From: Sminthopsis crassicaudata
Taxonomy: Eukaryota
Assembly: GCF_048593235.1 (NCBI RefSeq)
Contig: NC_133620.1
Location: forward strand, 44,704,852-44,768,851
Length of the DNA: 64,000 nucleotides
Direction: 5' to 3'
Shown: in pieces, positions 1 through 12,980 of the stretch
Layout: every line of letters starts with the position of its first letter
Position numbering within the stretch: position 1 is the first letter of the stretch
The notes under the pieces: model-generated
What the model saw: the letters and a program-made list of their open reading frames with translations, nothing else
Database searches by the model: none
Told to the model about the DNA's origin: nothing
Translations under genes and position numbers: made by a program

Positions 1-960
1 GAGTTTCCTATATCAAGAACATCACAGGTCAGGTCCAAATTTTTTTTTTTAAGACAAAAAAAATAAACTGAAAGGATTCAGCATTCTTGCGAGTGGGAGC
101 TAGCTGTTGATCACAGCAGAGAACAAAGCACAGGCATGTTTATAACAGCTGACATGTTTATACACACACCAGCCTAAATAGATTACTTGAGTCATAGATG
201 GAGAGTGAAACAACAAAGAAACAGAGAAAGAAAGGGGGAAAGGATAAAAGGGGATTCAATGCATAGCAGTGCAAAGGGAAAAATCTGGATCTAAATCCAA
301 GCTGCTAAACACTGGATGAGCAGGTTCATTGTTCTTTTGAAAAGGAAATAGCTACTTCAGCATTTAAAGTGGAAAGCATCCTCAAGAAAGCCCCTGTTAG
401 GCCTTCCCTGGGCTCACACCATCCCATTAAAATGTATCATTGCATACTAATGAAAATAAACACGTACAAGAGACCAGAGGCTTCTTCTGTGACTAACTTC
501 TCAGAGAGTGCCTAGAATTGGAAGAGTCTCATTTTAAATTGTACATCGTTGCTTTTGGCAACTTTTAAAGACCATCAACTAATTTTTGACCAATAGATAC
601 ATTCTGTGCTTTTCCCCCTTATTTTAAGCACCTTTTATGACTCTCCAGGAACATATCATTCATATCAAAGAATAAGTCCCCATTTTTTATTTTTGGCAAT
701 TACAGAAAATGGCAAGAAGGGAAACTCCAAAAAATAATGTGGTAACTTATTCAAATAACAAGAATACTTTGGCTTCCTGGGCTTTGCAAAACTTATCAGG
801 CTCGCCCTGCCGCAGCTGTCTTTGAGGCATTAGTTTTAAAACTTTAATTTCCTAGCCAGATACCAAGCATACCTGAGATCTCCAATGATGGGCTCGATTA
901 TCCATGCTTGATTGACACAGTAACCATGGTATCTTTATTGCAATGGGAACCTCAACTAAA

Positions 961-1116
961 NNNNNNNNNNNNNNNNNNNNNNNNNNNNNNNNNNNNNNNN
1001 NNNNNNNNNNNNNNNNNNNNNNNNNNNNNNNNNNNNNNNNNNNNNNNNNNNNNNNNNNNNNNNNNNNNNNNNNNNNNNNNNNNNNNNNNNNNNNNNNNNN
1101 NNNNNNNNNNNNNNNN
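961..1116. other. assembly gap (N run)
   Basis: Run of N. Confidence 1.
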
Positions 1117-1705
1117 CACAACACCAGGCAAACAAAAGGAACGCTGTTAATCAGTTCAACTCTGCGGCTGGATAATCCTAAACCAGTAATTGACAAATGG
1201 AAAAACCATACAGTCCCCTCTGCTCTGGGATTCATAAAGCACATGAATATTCATACCTTCTCCTCTGGTCAAGGAACTTTTTAAATGCTTTAAGCCAGGT
1301 TTTTAAAAGAAGAGAACAAAGAAGAATGAAAGGCTCTTCAATAAAATATGGCTGCCTTTTAAATGCATCTCTTTCCCCCAAACCCCCATTAAAAGCAAAA
1401 GTTAATACGATATGGGAGATACCATAAGTAGTAAAACTGGAGCATGGGACAGGTGGTCCCAAAGAAAGGAATAAGTTTATAATTTTTGGTAATTTTGGAT
1501 AAAATGTGCAAAAATTTTGTAAAAAAATGGAATCTGTTAATGGCTCTTACAGAGAATGGGACTCTGTCTTAAAGAACTCTAACTTCATCTTGGAAATGGT
1601 TATTTTGTCCTCAAGATGGATGTGAATAATTTGTTTACTCAGAATGTCTTACCATGTGAGTTTTTTAATATACACATACATATATATACATATATATTCC
1701 TTCTA

Positions 1706-1860
1706 ATTTGTTGAAAATCATATTTCAATATAATTGATTTTTTTTGCAGTTGCATGTATTTTATTTTGTGTATTTAAAAGCATCATTGTAAGAAAGGAGC
1801 CAAAGGCTTCCTCAGACTGCCAAAGGAGTCCATGGCCCCCCAAAATTAAAGAAATTCTTA
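1706..1860 (-). mobile_element. hAT-Charlie-type non-autonomous DNA transposon fragment
   Basis: Reverse complement of the element at 12821 (atttcaatataattg...aggcttcctcagactgccaaaggagtccatgg); resembles recalled mammalian hAT MITE consensus. Confidence 0.6.
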
Positions 1861-1865
1861 TTTAA

Positions 1866-1985
1866 GGGCAGCTAGGTGGATAGGGTATCAGCCCTAGAGT
1901 GGGGAGGTCCTGAGTTCAAATCTCATCTAAGATACTTGAACCTGGACAAGTCCCTTAACTCCAAATATCTCACACACAAAAAATC
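1866..1985 (+). mobile_element. tRNA/CORE SINE (WSINE1-like)
   Basis: gggcagctaggtgg head, B-box gagttcaaat, A-rich tail; degenerate flanking repeat gaaattcttattta / aaaatccttgttta. Confidence 0.75.
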
Positions 1986-3179
1986 CTTGTTTAGCCAAAA
2001 TATGGATGTCTACGTAGTTTTTAGCATTCCGTAAAATGTCTTTAGCTTTTCAAATGGTTTTACACATCTCATTTGATCATTATAGCAATGACTACAAGTG
2101 ACACGATTGAGGCTAAGTTAAGATGTGACTTGCCTCAGTTTCAGGATTTGAATTTAGGTCTTCCTGACTCCAAATCTATGTCAGCAATATTGTTTATCCT
2201 TAGAAAAATCATTTTCATATTACTTTAGGAAGATGGGGTATTTTCTTGAATGTTGTTAAGCTTCCAGCAAACAAACAAAAAAGTATCTAAATTATAATGA
2301 ATAAAACTCAGTGCAAGGCTATGTATCTATTTAATCATAGAGAGAAGTATTCCAGAGAAGTTGTGCATAAATTGAACTTTTGCAAATTGAACTATATTTC
2401 AAATGCACCAGGGGACTTGCTATTTAAAGGAACCCTGTGATGAATGCTTTTTATAAAGTGAAGAATTTTGGTATTCCAGGTTTTAACTGTTTTGTACATT
2501 CTGTTTTTGCAGAATTTGTTTGGGGGGCACACAAATGCTGCTTAATTCATTTGTTTTAACTTCTTAGAAAGAAATCTCAATGTTCAACTCCTTTTTTTTT
2601 TGAGTTTTTCAGGATGAATATACATATTTAAACAGTTGACCCTGCCTCAAGCCAAATTTATCAATACATTAGATTAAATTCATCTAAATTTAAAGCCATT
2701 TAAAGTGATTCCTCTGCTTGAAACACTGAAATATCCAAATGTGAAGTAGATTATGTTTCCTACTTTCAAAAAGCTTACCTTCTGCTTGGAATGGATTGTA
2801 GAAATACGTGTCCAAAGAACATAGGGTGTGATGGGATGCAGCAAAGGTCTTTCCTTTAGTTTTTAGCAAATTTCAAGTTCTACACTCCTCCATAAAAAAT
2901 CCTCTGAATTCTTCAGCCCAGACTAATGGTTTCTGCATATTTGATTACCCCATTTGATTTTGTATAAATCCCTTAACTTTCCTGGTCTCAGTTTTCCCAT
3001 CTTCAAAATGAAAAAATGAGACTAAATGGCTTCTGAGTGAGGTTCCAAATCTAGGTCTATGATCTGAAGACTGTTTTATGTTTGCCAATTTTGTCTTCCC
3101 AATCTGATAACCAAATGCTTTTGGGCAGACTTCATTTTTTTTTCTTCCTGTGTCTGTTCCTTAACTCTAGAATGAACAA

Positions 3180-3450
3180 AATCATTCAGTCAACAAGCAT
3201 TTATGGGTCACTTTCTATGTACCAGGTGCTGTGCTAAGAACTGGGGCACAAAGAAAAGCAAAAATATTTTCCTTATAACTTGGCGAAGTAGTCCTGTAAC
3301 CATTACCACCAATTTACTGATGAGACTATGCGGAAGCTGAGGAACAGAGGAAGGAATTGACTTGTCCATGCTCCCAAAGTAAGTAAATGTTGATGGGGAG
3401 ATTTGAACACAAGTGTTGAGGTTCAAAGATCAGAGATCTTTCTGACACTC
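3180..3450 (-). mobile_element. L2 3' tail followed by MIR fragment
   Basis: cattcagtcaacaagcatttatgggtcactttctatgtaccaggtgctgtgctaag is antisense L2 end; gaagctgagg...gacttgtcc...gatttgaac is antisense CORE. Confidence 0.7.
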
Positions 3451-3487
3451 CAAATAAATAGAAAACTGGATTATTTTAATGTATCTA

Positions 3488-3680
3488 GGGGAAGCTAGGT
3501 GGTGCAGTAGATAAAAAACTGGGGCTTGCACTCAGGAGAGATGTGTTCCTTATCCTTGTGTGCCTCAGCTTCCCCATTCATAAAATGAGGTAGAAAGGAA
3601 ATGGCAAACCACTCCAGTATCTTTGCAAGAAAACCCCAAATAGGATCACAAAAATTGGATTCTGCTGGAAACATCTGAAT
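3488..3680 (+). mobile_element. MAR1-like CORE-SINE
   Basis: tRNA-like head plus diagnostic tail aaggaaatggcaaaccactccagtatctttgcaagaaaacccc. Confidence 0.85.
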
Positions 3681-4777
3681 AGCTTATTGGTACAGTCAAG
3701 GTCTGAATTTGATTGTCTAACTTTCTTTCCATTATACATTTCTTCTGCTCTTCACCTTTTTTTTTTTTTTTTTTTTTGTTCTCTAATTTTCATAAAAAAA
3801 GGCATTTGAGGATATACTGAACAAATACATTTGTGACAACTACAAATGCATTGGTAATTGAGTATAGCATTTTTTAAGATCTCCAGGCTGTCACTTTTCA
3901 ATGATTTCTTTGCAAATGACTTCCTCGTGGCTTTTTAAATGTCAAAAATAGTCATGGTCTAAGTTCTCAGACCTCTAAATGAGTATTTCACTTCACAGAT
4001 AATGATTTCCCCCTGGGGGGGTACAGGGAGGGAAGAATATCAAAAGGCAAAAATACTTTTATTATTGGCATTTAAAACATCAATTTCTGATCCCTGGGAA
4101 ACTGAAGCATGGAGGGAGAAGAGAAGGAAGAAATGCACTAAAGGAAGAAGTAGCTGTTTCTACCTAGGAAAATATAAGTGCATGCACACAGACACACACA
4201 CAAATGCACACACAATCCTTATAAAATCAAATGACAGAAAAAAAACATGGTTTTTAAGTAATCTATAGCAGAGATTAAATGAGGAAAGATATTTCTTGGT
4301 GTTTTCTAATTCTATAATGTTGTGAACTAAATAAGAATGCTTATTTTGCCATATAGTTATCTGCTACCAATAATTGTCTTCTTCCATAGGGCTTTAAAAT
4401 GTAAGGTGTGCTTTCCTCGTACAAGCTGTGCATGTGTGTGTGCATGCACGTGTGCACAGGGGTTGATAGTTCAAGTTGATTAAATTTTACAGACAAAGAA
4501 ACTGAGGCTCAGAGAGATAACGTGGCTTGCCTAGAATCAAATAATCTATAAACACTTTTATATCTAATCTTGGGAAAAAACACCCCTAGAATAGGGGAAG
4601 TAAAAAATCCATAGAAGGATATATTCCTTATAAATAGATACTTGAGAAAATTAATTCCTCAAACTTTTAGAGACCACTAAAACTAATGAATTAAAAAATG
4701 CTGAAATAAGGCCTAAATAAAATTTTGTCTCTCCTAAATCCATCCATCCATTCTTCATTCCTTCCTTTGTTGCTTCC

Positions 4778-5443
4778 NNNNNNNNNNNNNNNNNNNNNNN
4801 NNNNNNNNNNNNNNNNNNNNNNNNNNNNNNNNNNNNNNNNNNNNNNNNNNNNNNNNNNNNNNNNNNNNNNNNNNNNNNNNNNNNNNNNNNNNNNNNNNNN
4901 NNNNNNNNNNNNNNNNNNNNNNNNNNNNNNNNNNNNNNNNNNNNNNNNNNNNNNNNNNNNNNNNNNNNNNNNNNNNNNNNNNNNNNNNNNNNNNNNNNNN
5001 NNNNNNNNNNNNNNNNNNNNNNNNNNNNNNNNNNNNNNNNNNNNNNNNNNNNNNNNNNNNNNNNNNNNNNNNNNNNNNNNNNNNNNNNNNNNNNNNNNNN
5101 NNNNNNNNNNNNNNNNNNNNNNNNNNNNNNNNNNNNNNNNNNNNNNNNNNNNNNNNNNNNNNNNNNNNNNNNNNNNNNNNNNNNNNNNNNNNNNNNNNNN
5201 NNNNNNNNNNNNNNNNNNNNNNNNNNNNNNNNNNNNNNNNNNNNNNNNNNNNNNNNNNNNNNNNNNNNNNNNNNNNNNNNNNNNNNNNNNNNNNNNNNNN
5301 NNNNNNNNNNNNNNNNNNNNNNNNNNNNNNNNNNNNNNNNNNNNNNNNNNNNNNNNNNNNNNNNNNNNNNNNNNNNNNNNNNNNNNNNNNNNNNNNNNNN
5401 NNNNNNNNNNNNNNNNNNNNNNNNNNNNNNNNNNNNNNNNNNN
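4778..5443. other. assembly gap (N run)
   Basis: Run of N. Confidence 1.
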
Positions 5444-7574
5444 ACACTTAGAGGTATTTAGTGAGGGGCAAGAGGGCATCCTTTTCAAATATTTTATGGT
5501 GTGGTCCTTTATTTGCTTTTTTATATTTCTTATAATATTGTATTTCATAAATATGTACACTGCCTATCATTTATTTAATATTATGTCACAAAATTACATG
5601 TATAATATACACATTTATGCATTTACATAAAATATACAATAATATATTATATATAATATGTAAATGTAAAAAATGACATGCACATATGGTTCAGAATATT
5701 TTGTCAATGCAGCTCTTTACAAGGAAAGCTCAAAAATATATTCAAAAATATTTTCATAGATGTATATATCATATATATGTATTTGTACATATATGTGCAT
5801 ATATAATCTATATTTCTATATACTGTGTACAAAATCTAAATTTTCTACATACTTATATATCTCTCCATCCATTAATCTATCATCTATTTGCATTTACAGT
5901 TATATACATACATTTCTATATATCTCTGTCTCTCTCAATTTATCTATCTACCTATCATCTTTATTTTTCTACCTGTTTCCATTTATCTGTATTCCTATGG
6001 AACATCAAAATATACTATTTTGTTTTATTTCTGACCCCCTAAAAATAATAATCTATTCACTGAGTGAGGAAATTGTTCCAATCCTCTGTTTGAATTCAGG
6101 GTTTACATTTCCCTTGCACATATACAAGCTAAGGTAACTTAAGATATGAGAAGGGTTTCTTTGCTTTTTGAGATTTATACATATCTATTATTAATATAGG
6201 TATGTATATACATATATGAATAAATATAATACATTAGGAAAATACTTTCAGAGCGATTTTTAGATTTCTTGATACAAATAATCCATAAATATTATTTTTA
6301 TTATTGTTAGTACCATTATATTTATACATTACATTGTACATTATATTCCTAGAGTATGTATTCCTTCAGAATTAATATCAAATTGTTCACAAATGATTAC
6401 CTTTTATTTAGTTTTTAAAATTCATTTTATTTTTCATTTATGGAATAAAGTATTTCTATAACAGCATAATCATAAAGACAAATCCCTTTTAAAATAATTA
6501 TTCATTTTGTCTATTCCAAAATGATTAATGAAAATATCAAAAAGGAAATTGAAAAAAATTCTTCTATAATTTACATCATTTTTCTAAAAAAAAAAAGCCC
6601 ATTTCTAAAACATTTGTTATACTTTTTAAATACTGAAAACTGCTTCCTGTTTTAATCTACGTGGGAGGCAAAGAAGACATATGGAGTTTGAGGATCTAAA
6701 AAGCACTCTTCCTTCTGAATTCCAGGAAATAGACTTGCTTTTTAAACTTTTTTATTATTTTTCTTTTTCAATCACCAAAGATGTGGTTAAATTTAAATTA
6801 CTGCTGGAAGATCCTTGGGAATGGAAAGGACCTGATGGACTTTTAGAGATCACTCCACCGGGGTGACAAAGACCATTATTAACTGGCTCCGAGTGGAGAT
6901 AATTCTGAGCAGATCCAGACTTTGCCCTATTTTCATCCAGGAACACTTGTCTGACAGATTTAATGGACACCTTTGTAAATGATTTTCCCTGGCTTTAACA
7001 ATCCTGTTGCTTAAGCCCACTCAAACCTGTTCCTGATGGACTTCTCTTAATGGATCAGCAGAATTGGGCAGGCAGAAGAGAGCTGCCAAAGCATTAGTTT
7101 CTCTTTGCATTTAGATGTTGGCATTCTGCTGAGATGTCATTGTTTACTGTTAAGGAAACTAGCTGCAATCTCTGAAAAATATTTACAGTCCACATGCCAA
7201 TAACTGTGTACCACCCCAGAGTCCAGGTAATTGTCACTAATAGCCATAAGCAGTGATAAGCTTGTTTTCTACTGTATCCATGAGATGCTTGATTCATTGA
7301 GCACACACATGCCTTGTCAGGTCCTTATTAAAAACACCTGATACATCTGGGAGAATTGCAGGCGCTGTCTGGTCCTCTAGTGCTCTCAGTATTGGGAATA
7401 ATGTTTTTAAGAGGCTGATTTTTTTTCCTCTTAGACACACACGAAAGAAGCTTTTACAGGAAGTTACAAATACTCCTAAATGACATTTCATTAAAAGTGC
7501 GTTTCCTTGGAAAGTGGTCAAGAATAAAAGCCCTGCTTTCACTTGGCAGGGGAAGAAAGTGATGTAGCAGCAAT

Positions 7575-7616
7575 ATGGGAGGCCAAGGAGCATCGAAAAT
7601 CGACTTTGCCATGGAT
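7575..7616 (+). other. candidate first coding exon (MGGQGASKIDFAMD)
   Basis: Good Kozak context (gcAatATGG), 14 codons, phase-0 donor GAT|gtgagt at 7617, two retained CpGs. Peptide not recognised. Confidence 0.25.
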
Positions 7617-8069
7617 GTGAGTAGCATTCAGGCAGGTTCAGTTCTAGGAAAACATCCCAAGTGCTTTCCTATGAACTTCTAATTCTCTCTTTCAAAACTA
7701 GATTCCCAAGCTAGATTTCCATTTCTGGAGAGCACAGAGAGAAATGGAAAAATCCATGTGGTCTAGGGATAAACAAAAGAAGTGACACTATCTACACAAT
7801 GGGAAGGGCAGGAGGGTTTGTAGGCATAATGTAAACCCTAAAAATTACAATTATGATTTCATTGATATTAATTCCCTCTAATAATGCAGCTGGGTACCTT
7901 CTCTCTAACTCATAGGCTTAAACTTCTTATTAAGTATGTGGCAGAGGAGAAATTCCTTGAATTTTCTATTCACTATATCATGGTGGCTGTCATAATAACT
8001 GAACTAAGAATTAATTTATAGAATCAGTGGTTTTATTAATATAAGAAATTTCTAGATATAGAAACACCC

Positions 8070-8840
8070 TCTAGCTTCTTCACAATTCACAGGCTCTGCC
8101 ATTTAGAATTTATATCATTTTGTGGTTAAGGTGACTTGCTCAGGTCACATAGCCAGCAGTTGTTAAAGACAGGATTTTCAAATGCAGAGCTTCCTGACTT
8201 TGAAATTAACTCTGCCCCATACACTATGAGGATACCTAATAATGATGATAAAAATAAAAATAATAAAACACCACCATATGGGTCCACATCCCACAAATAC
8301 TGCAATACCAATTTCAGTCCTGAACAGAAAATAAAGCTCAGTGATTTGAGGGAAGGGCTTCCTCATTGCCTGGCTCTGTTATGGTAAGCTTTGCTGAAGT
8401 TCAGGTGACAAGAAGCACCTATGTGACAGATATGGAGGGTTAAAAAAAGGAAAAAAAAGTTGAATGATTAATTAATTTTATTAATTATTAAAGTAATTAC
8501 TTTAATGTAAAAATCCCTCTTAATTCAAAAACACTGATTCATATTTCTAAGCATCATCTTTCTCGAGCTGGAGGGCTCCCAAAAGACATATAGCCCAAAT
8601 CCCTCATTTAATAGATACCGATATTGAGGCATCAGAATGGTAAGTGAGATTCTCAGGAAAAAAAGCGGTTTCGGGCAATTATCATAGATGGGACTAATTA
8701 AAGACTATCAATTTGACCTAGTTCAGCCTCAATTTCCTTATCTGTAAAATAGGGATAATAGCAGCACCTGTTTTACACAGTTTCTTTAAGACTCAGAGGA
8801 GATAATGTACCTAAAGCCCTTTGCAGACCACAGAGCCTGG
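8070..8840. mobile_element. cluster of MIR/MIR3 fragments in both orientations
   Basis: ggttaaggtgacttgctcaggtcacatagc (minus) and cctcaatttccttatctgtaaaatagggataata (plus) CORE motifs. Confidence 0.7.
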
Positions 8841-9189
8841 TATTAAGAACCCTCATCACCTCGGTTATGAAAAATCCAAGAGTAATCATCCTTTTCCTCT
8901 TCCTCTGGAGAGATTGAACAATGTACATCTTTAATTTGATTTTTATTTTTGATTGATTGGCTTATTTTTAAGATTTTGTTGTCATTGAAAATTAGCAGCC
9001 TGCCACTAGCTTTAACGAACACACTAGAACAGTTAAGGGAAAAAAGGCAACTGAGTTAAGTCTCTACTGGGAATGGCGTTGCCATGTTGTTTTTCAAGGT
9101 TACTTTCTCTTCATTAAAAACTCTGTAAAATAATAATGAAGAAGAAACTGCTTCTCATTAAGGCAAGAATAAGATCACTAGTCAATTTT

Positions 9190-9400
9190 ACTGCTCCCCT
9201 AATCCGGCTTCCTTTTGGTGCCGGGGAAACTTGACATGCCTCGTGTTCTCCGAATTCTGAGCCTCCCTTTCCCTGTAAACAGAAGAGAGTCCATAATTAC
9301 GCCCTGTTTGATCCATATCAAAGCAAGTGATCCATGTATCGATTTACATAAAGTAAAAGCACATAAAACATCTCTGCTTTTCACCCTGACTTCGCTAGCT
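9190..9400. promoter_or_regulatory. candidate enhancer (CpG-retaining, TF-motif dense)
   Basis: 7 CpGs in about 200 bp; TAATCC 9200, TGTAAACA 9274, ATCAAAG 9317, TGATCCAT twice (9309, 9328), ATCGAT 9338. Confidence 0.4.
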
Positions 9401-9443
9401 TTCTAAGGAAAAGTTTCCTTTTGCATACTTCATTTGAATATAA

Positions 9444-9615
9444 NNNNNNNNNNNNNNNNNNNNNNNNNNNNNNNNNNNNNNNNNNNNNNNNNNNNNNNNN
9501 NNNNNNNNNNNNNNNNNNNNNNNNNNNNNNNNNNNNNNNNNNNNNNNNNNNNNNNNNNNNNNNNNNNNNNNNNNNNNNNNNNNNNNNNNNNNNNNNNNNN
9601 NNNNNNNNNNNNNNN
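9444..9615. other. assembly gap (N run)
   Basis: Run of N. Confidence 1.
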
Positions 9616-9719
9616 CATGGGCTACATACTGCATGCATAACCACTCTACAGTTAATTACACAAGGGATTATCATTAGTGTCATAAAGATAAAGCCTTGCT
9701 AGAAGCATTAGAGTGGTGG

Positions 9720-9900
9720 AAAAATATATATACATATATATATTTATATATACATACATTTCTATACACATGCATATATACACACATATACCACACATAT
9801 ATAATACACAATATATAATTTCCATATAGATATTCTCTCCACATATATGTACATACATATACACACATTTCTATAACATATACATATATATGCATAAATA
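9720..9900. repeat. TA/CA-rich low-complexity tract
   Basis: Degenerate (TA)n/(CA)n. Confidence 0.9.
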
Positions 9901-12820
9901 CATTATTTTTTTCTTGGTTAATATTCATATAAGAATTGAAAGAAATAATAAATCCCACCATCATAGATAAGATCAAGTTGTAAGTAGGTCATATTGGGGG
10001 CCACAAAGCCAGGAAAGAGAGCCGCTTCTTTTGGAGTTTTGTCACTCTCTTACTTAAAAATTAATTTGCAATCTGTGCCCTGAACCCAAAGAGCAGTGAA
10101 AAATGCAAATTAAATCTTCCTTTTAATTTTTAGATACCTTAGTTGGACATAGGTAGTGAATTATTTCCAGGAAGGGTAAATTAGCATAACTTTTAGGAAT
10201 GGTAATTTATATAGGTAAATCCAGCAGCCCTCTGGGAAGACAGCTTGGAAATTTTTCACAAATAAAGTCATTTGAGAAGCATAATCAGCATAATTTACAG
10301 TAAAATTCATGAAAACACCAAGTGGTGATCCAGGATAAACAAATCTTAAGAAATAGGACAGGCACTGGTGTAATACTAAAAGGTTTTCAATGCTCTAATC
10401 CCAATGTTAACACTTGCATATTTTACTTAGCTGTTTAAACCATGTCATCATATCTAATGTCATTCCCTATGCCTTCAGGAGACAGCTGAAGAACTTTGTA
10501 CAGGCCATTCCCTCTACTCTCTGGTAATAGGGACTTCAACAATGGGAGCTATTGTTATAGAGGACTATTCTTTATTTGGCATGCAATAAGCTTTTGAGAC
10601 ATGTGTACACACAAAAAGCAATTGAATAGAATATAAACACAACATAAACAGAACACAAAACACTTTTTACAAGTGACAACATAAAGCTAAAATACACTAG
10701 ACATATGCTCCAATTATGATAGAGATTCTGTTTATTCAACAAAGAACCTCAGTTAAGAGTGAGAAAATACCAGATTGTAGACGTAAATTATGGTTGGGGA
10801 TGGTGGTGGTGGTGAGGAGACACAGATTATTATCTTTTTTAAACATTGCAATCAAAAGAATAAAATCCAAATTGCTTTCATTTATTTTGATTTAGCTCAT
10901 GACGGGTTAGTACTGGATTTTCTGTTTCATTTTAAATGAAGAAAAGCACCATGTTTTGCAATTGTACTGGGGTTCCATTATCACATGGAACATGTTTGTC
11001 AATTAAACAATTATTTCCAAACATCTGCAAAATGTGGATGATTGCTAACATTTTCCCCTTTCAGATTTGGCATAGATTAAGAGGTTTTCTGGAGGTTATC
11101 AAAAGAAATAATCTGTGTCTAAACTATACAAAAGGATAAATTTGACAAATTTCTGTAATGACAATAGAGTGTGAAAGGCCACATTAGATATCTCTCCTTT
11201 TCAAATTCCTTACAGTATTCCAACATATACTTTAGGGCATTTTCTTTGGTCACTCCTGGAAAACAAGCAAAGGCTTAGGGCTGGCTTATCTTGAATGAGA
11301 AAAGGGAATGCAAGGGGATTCTAGAGTGTCATGAAAACATAATCAAGTTTTTGGCATCATGATGTTATTTGGATAATTTAAAGTATGTGAGAACTACATA
11401 TGTAAGTTAAAATATCATCCTCATTCCAATATATTTATATATTTGTAAACTATAGAATTAGGAACTAACCCACACACTTCAAAAGTTTGCTTTACACCTT
11501 GCTTTCCTGTTTTCCAGTCCCAGAAGGTTTGTTTCTATAAACAATAGCAGATAATTAGATTTATGCATTTAATTTGATTTAAATTGATCCTAACAGTTAC
11601 ATGGTGAAATAGAGGGAGAGGTAGGAGCCAATCATGGGCAATCTTTTCCTAGTTTCACTGACTAATTTGCAGAAAACCTAAAACTGAAGCCAACTTGACA
11701 CGGGTCAGCCATTTCTCATCTAAATAGTTCAGTCCAAAAAGCTCTCCAGTGTCTATCCTGCCCATCCCTGCCAATGCGATTATGGGAGATGATCATGCCA
11801 GATAATGAGATTGTCTTTCCTTGTTCCCTTGTTTTGGTGAACGGTTGTGACTTAAATGAATTCTTCCAAGAATTCCTTAAGCCACAGCTAGAATTTTAAG
11901 TGGCTGTGTTTTGAAGAAAATCTGTCCAATGTATTTAATCTTGTGTCTCAGCTAATGTGTACAATATTATTATTTTAGAATGATTATAAACTTGTATATG
12001 TTGGCTTAAAAACAAAACAAAATGAAACAAAGAGTGGTTTTTAATCTGCAGCAGTCTATAGGAACTTTGAAATTTAAAAACTAGAAATATTTTATGAGCA
12101 TTTTGGTAGTTATTTCCTTAAACTGGGAAATCTGATAAATATAACAAAACAATCCAACCTCAAACCTACCAAGCAAAAAGTCAACTCACTTTTATTTTTT
12201 TAAATATAGAACCATTTATGCCTTTGGGGGAAAAAAAAGTTTAAAAATAGACTAGTTGATGTTCTCTGTTCTGGAATGGATTATTTTCCTTCTTACAAAC
12301 CCTTCTTTATTATGAAAATTTTCTTCCTGGTCCTCAAACCTTTCATAGAAAAACTTTTTTGCTCTGTGTTCTTGGGATCAGAAATTTAAATTCACCAGCT
12401 TAAGGGAAGAAAGCTGGCCCCAAAAGATAAGTGCATTTTGGTAGGGAGGGATTCTAACTTTGTGGGATGGATTGTAGGCTCTCATTTCTTTAGATTTAAT
12501 TCTGATAGTGACCAGAGCTTAAACAAACAAAACATAAAACTATAAACCTGAATTTCCTTTTTGCTGTTTCTTTTCTCATTTGAACTTATGCAAGCAATAT
12601 TTTAGAAAAAAAATCCTTTGAGAATTGTAAATCTCTTTTTTATTCTACAGCATGTCTCAGAACTATTTGCTCCTGGATGTGGATGCACTTATTCATTCTT
12701 TATTTTTGGTCAAAAGCATTAATAATAGGACACCAAACTGACAGGCATGTGGCTGATAGTTCAAGCACCCTCACTGTAGTGTTCTATACTGATATGTGGT
12801 AACTTAGTATCAGGGTAGTG

Positions 12821-12980
12821 CAGGGATTTTCAACTATTTTTTTTTTCATGAATTCTTTTGTTAGTCTAATGAAATCTACAGAACCCTTCCCAGACTAATA
12901 TATTTGGATATGCAAAATATAATACACAAAATGACAAAGGAAACCAATTATGATGAAATCCAATGATCAAAAAAGTTGGG
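12821..12980 (+). mobile_element. hAT-Charlie-type non-autonomous DNA transposon fragment
   Basis: Starts cagggattttcaac (TIR-like); contains acaaaggaaaccaattatgatgaaat; same family as 1706-1860. Confidence 0.6.

Noticed and set aside
876-960. Minus-strand exon-like segment (VEVPIAIKIPWLLCQSSMDNRAHHWRSQ, donor CAG|gtatgc) and X-box-like gtaaccatggtatc
   Set aside because: The upstream boundary is lost in the gap, the peptide is unrecognised and the motif match is imperfect.
852-1284. ORFs spanning N runs (also at 4691-5630, 9381-9702, 34504-35035, 36390-36698)
   Set aside because: Their length comes from X codons in assembly gaps.
5686-6137. Y/I/H/C-rich ORFs (also at 9652, 18344, 39673, 39815, 61323)
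   Set aside because: Translations of TA/CA/CT low-complexity DNA.
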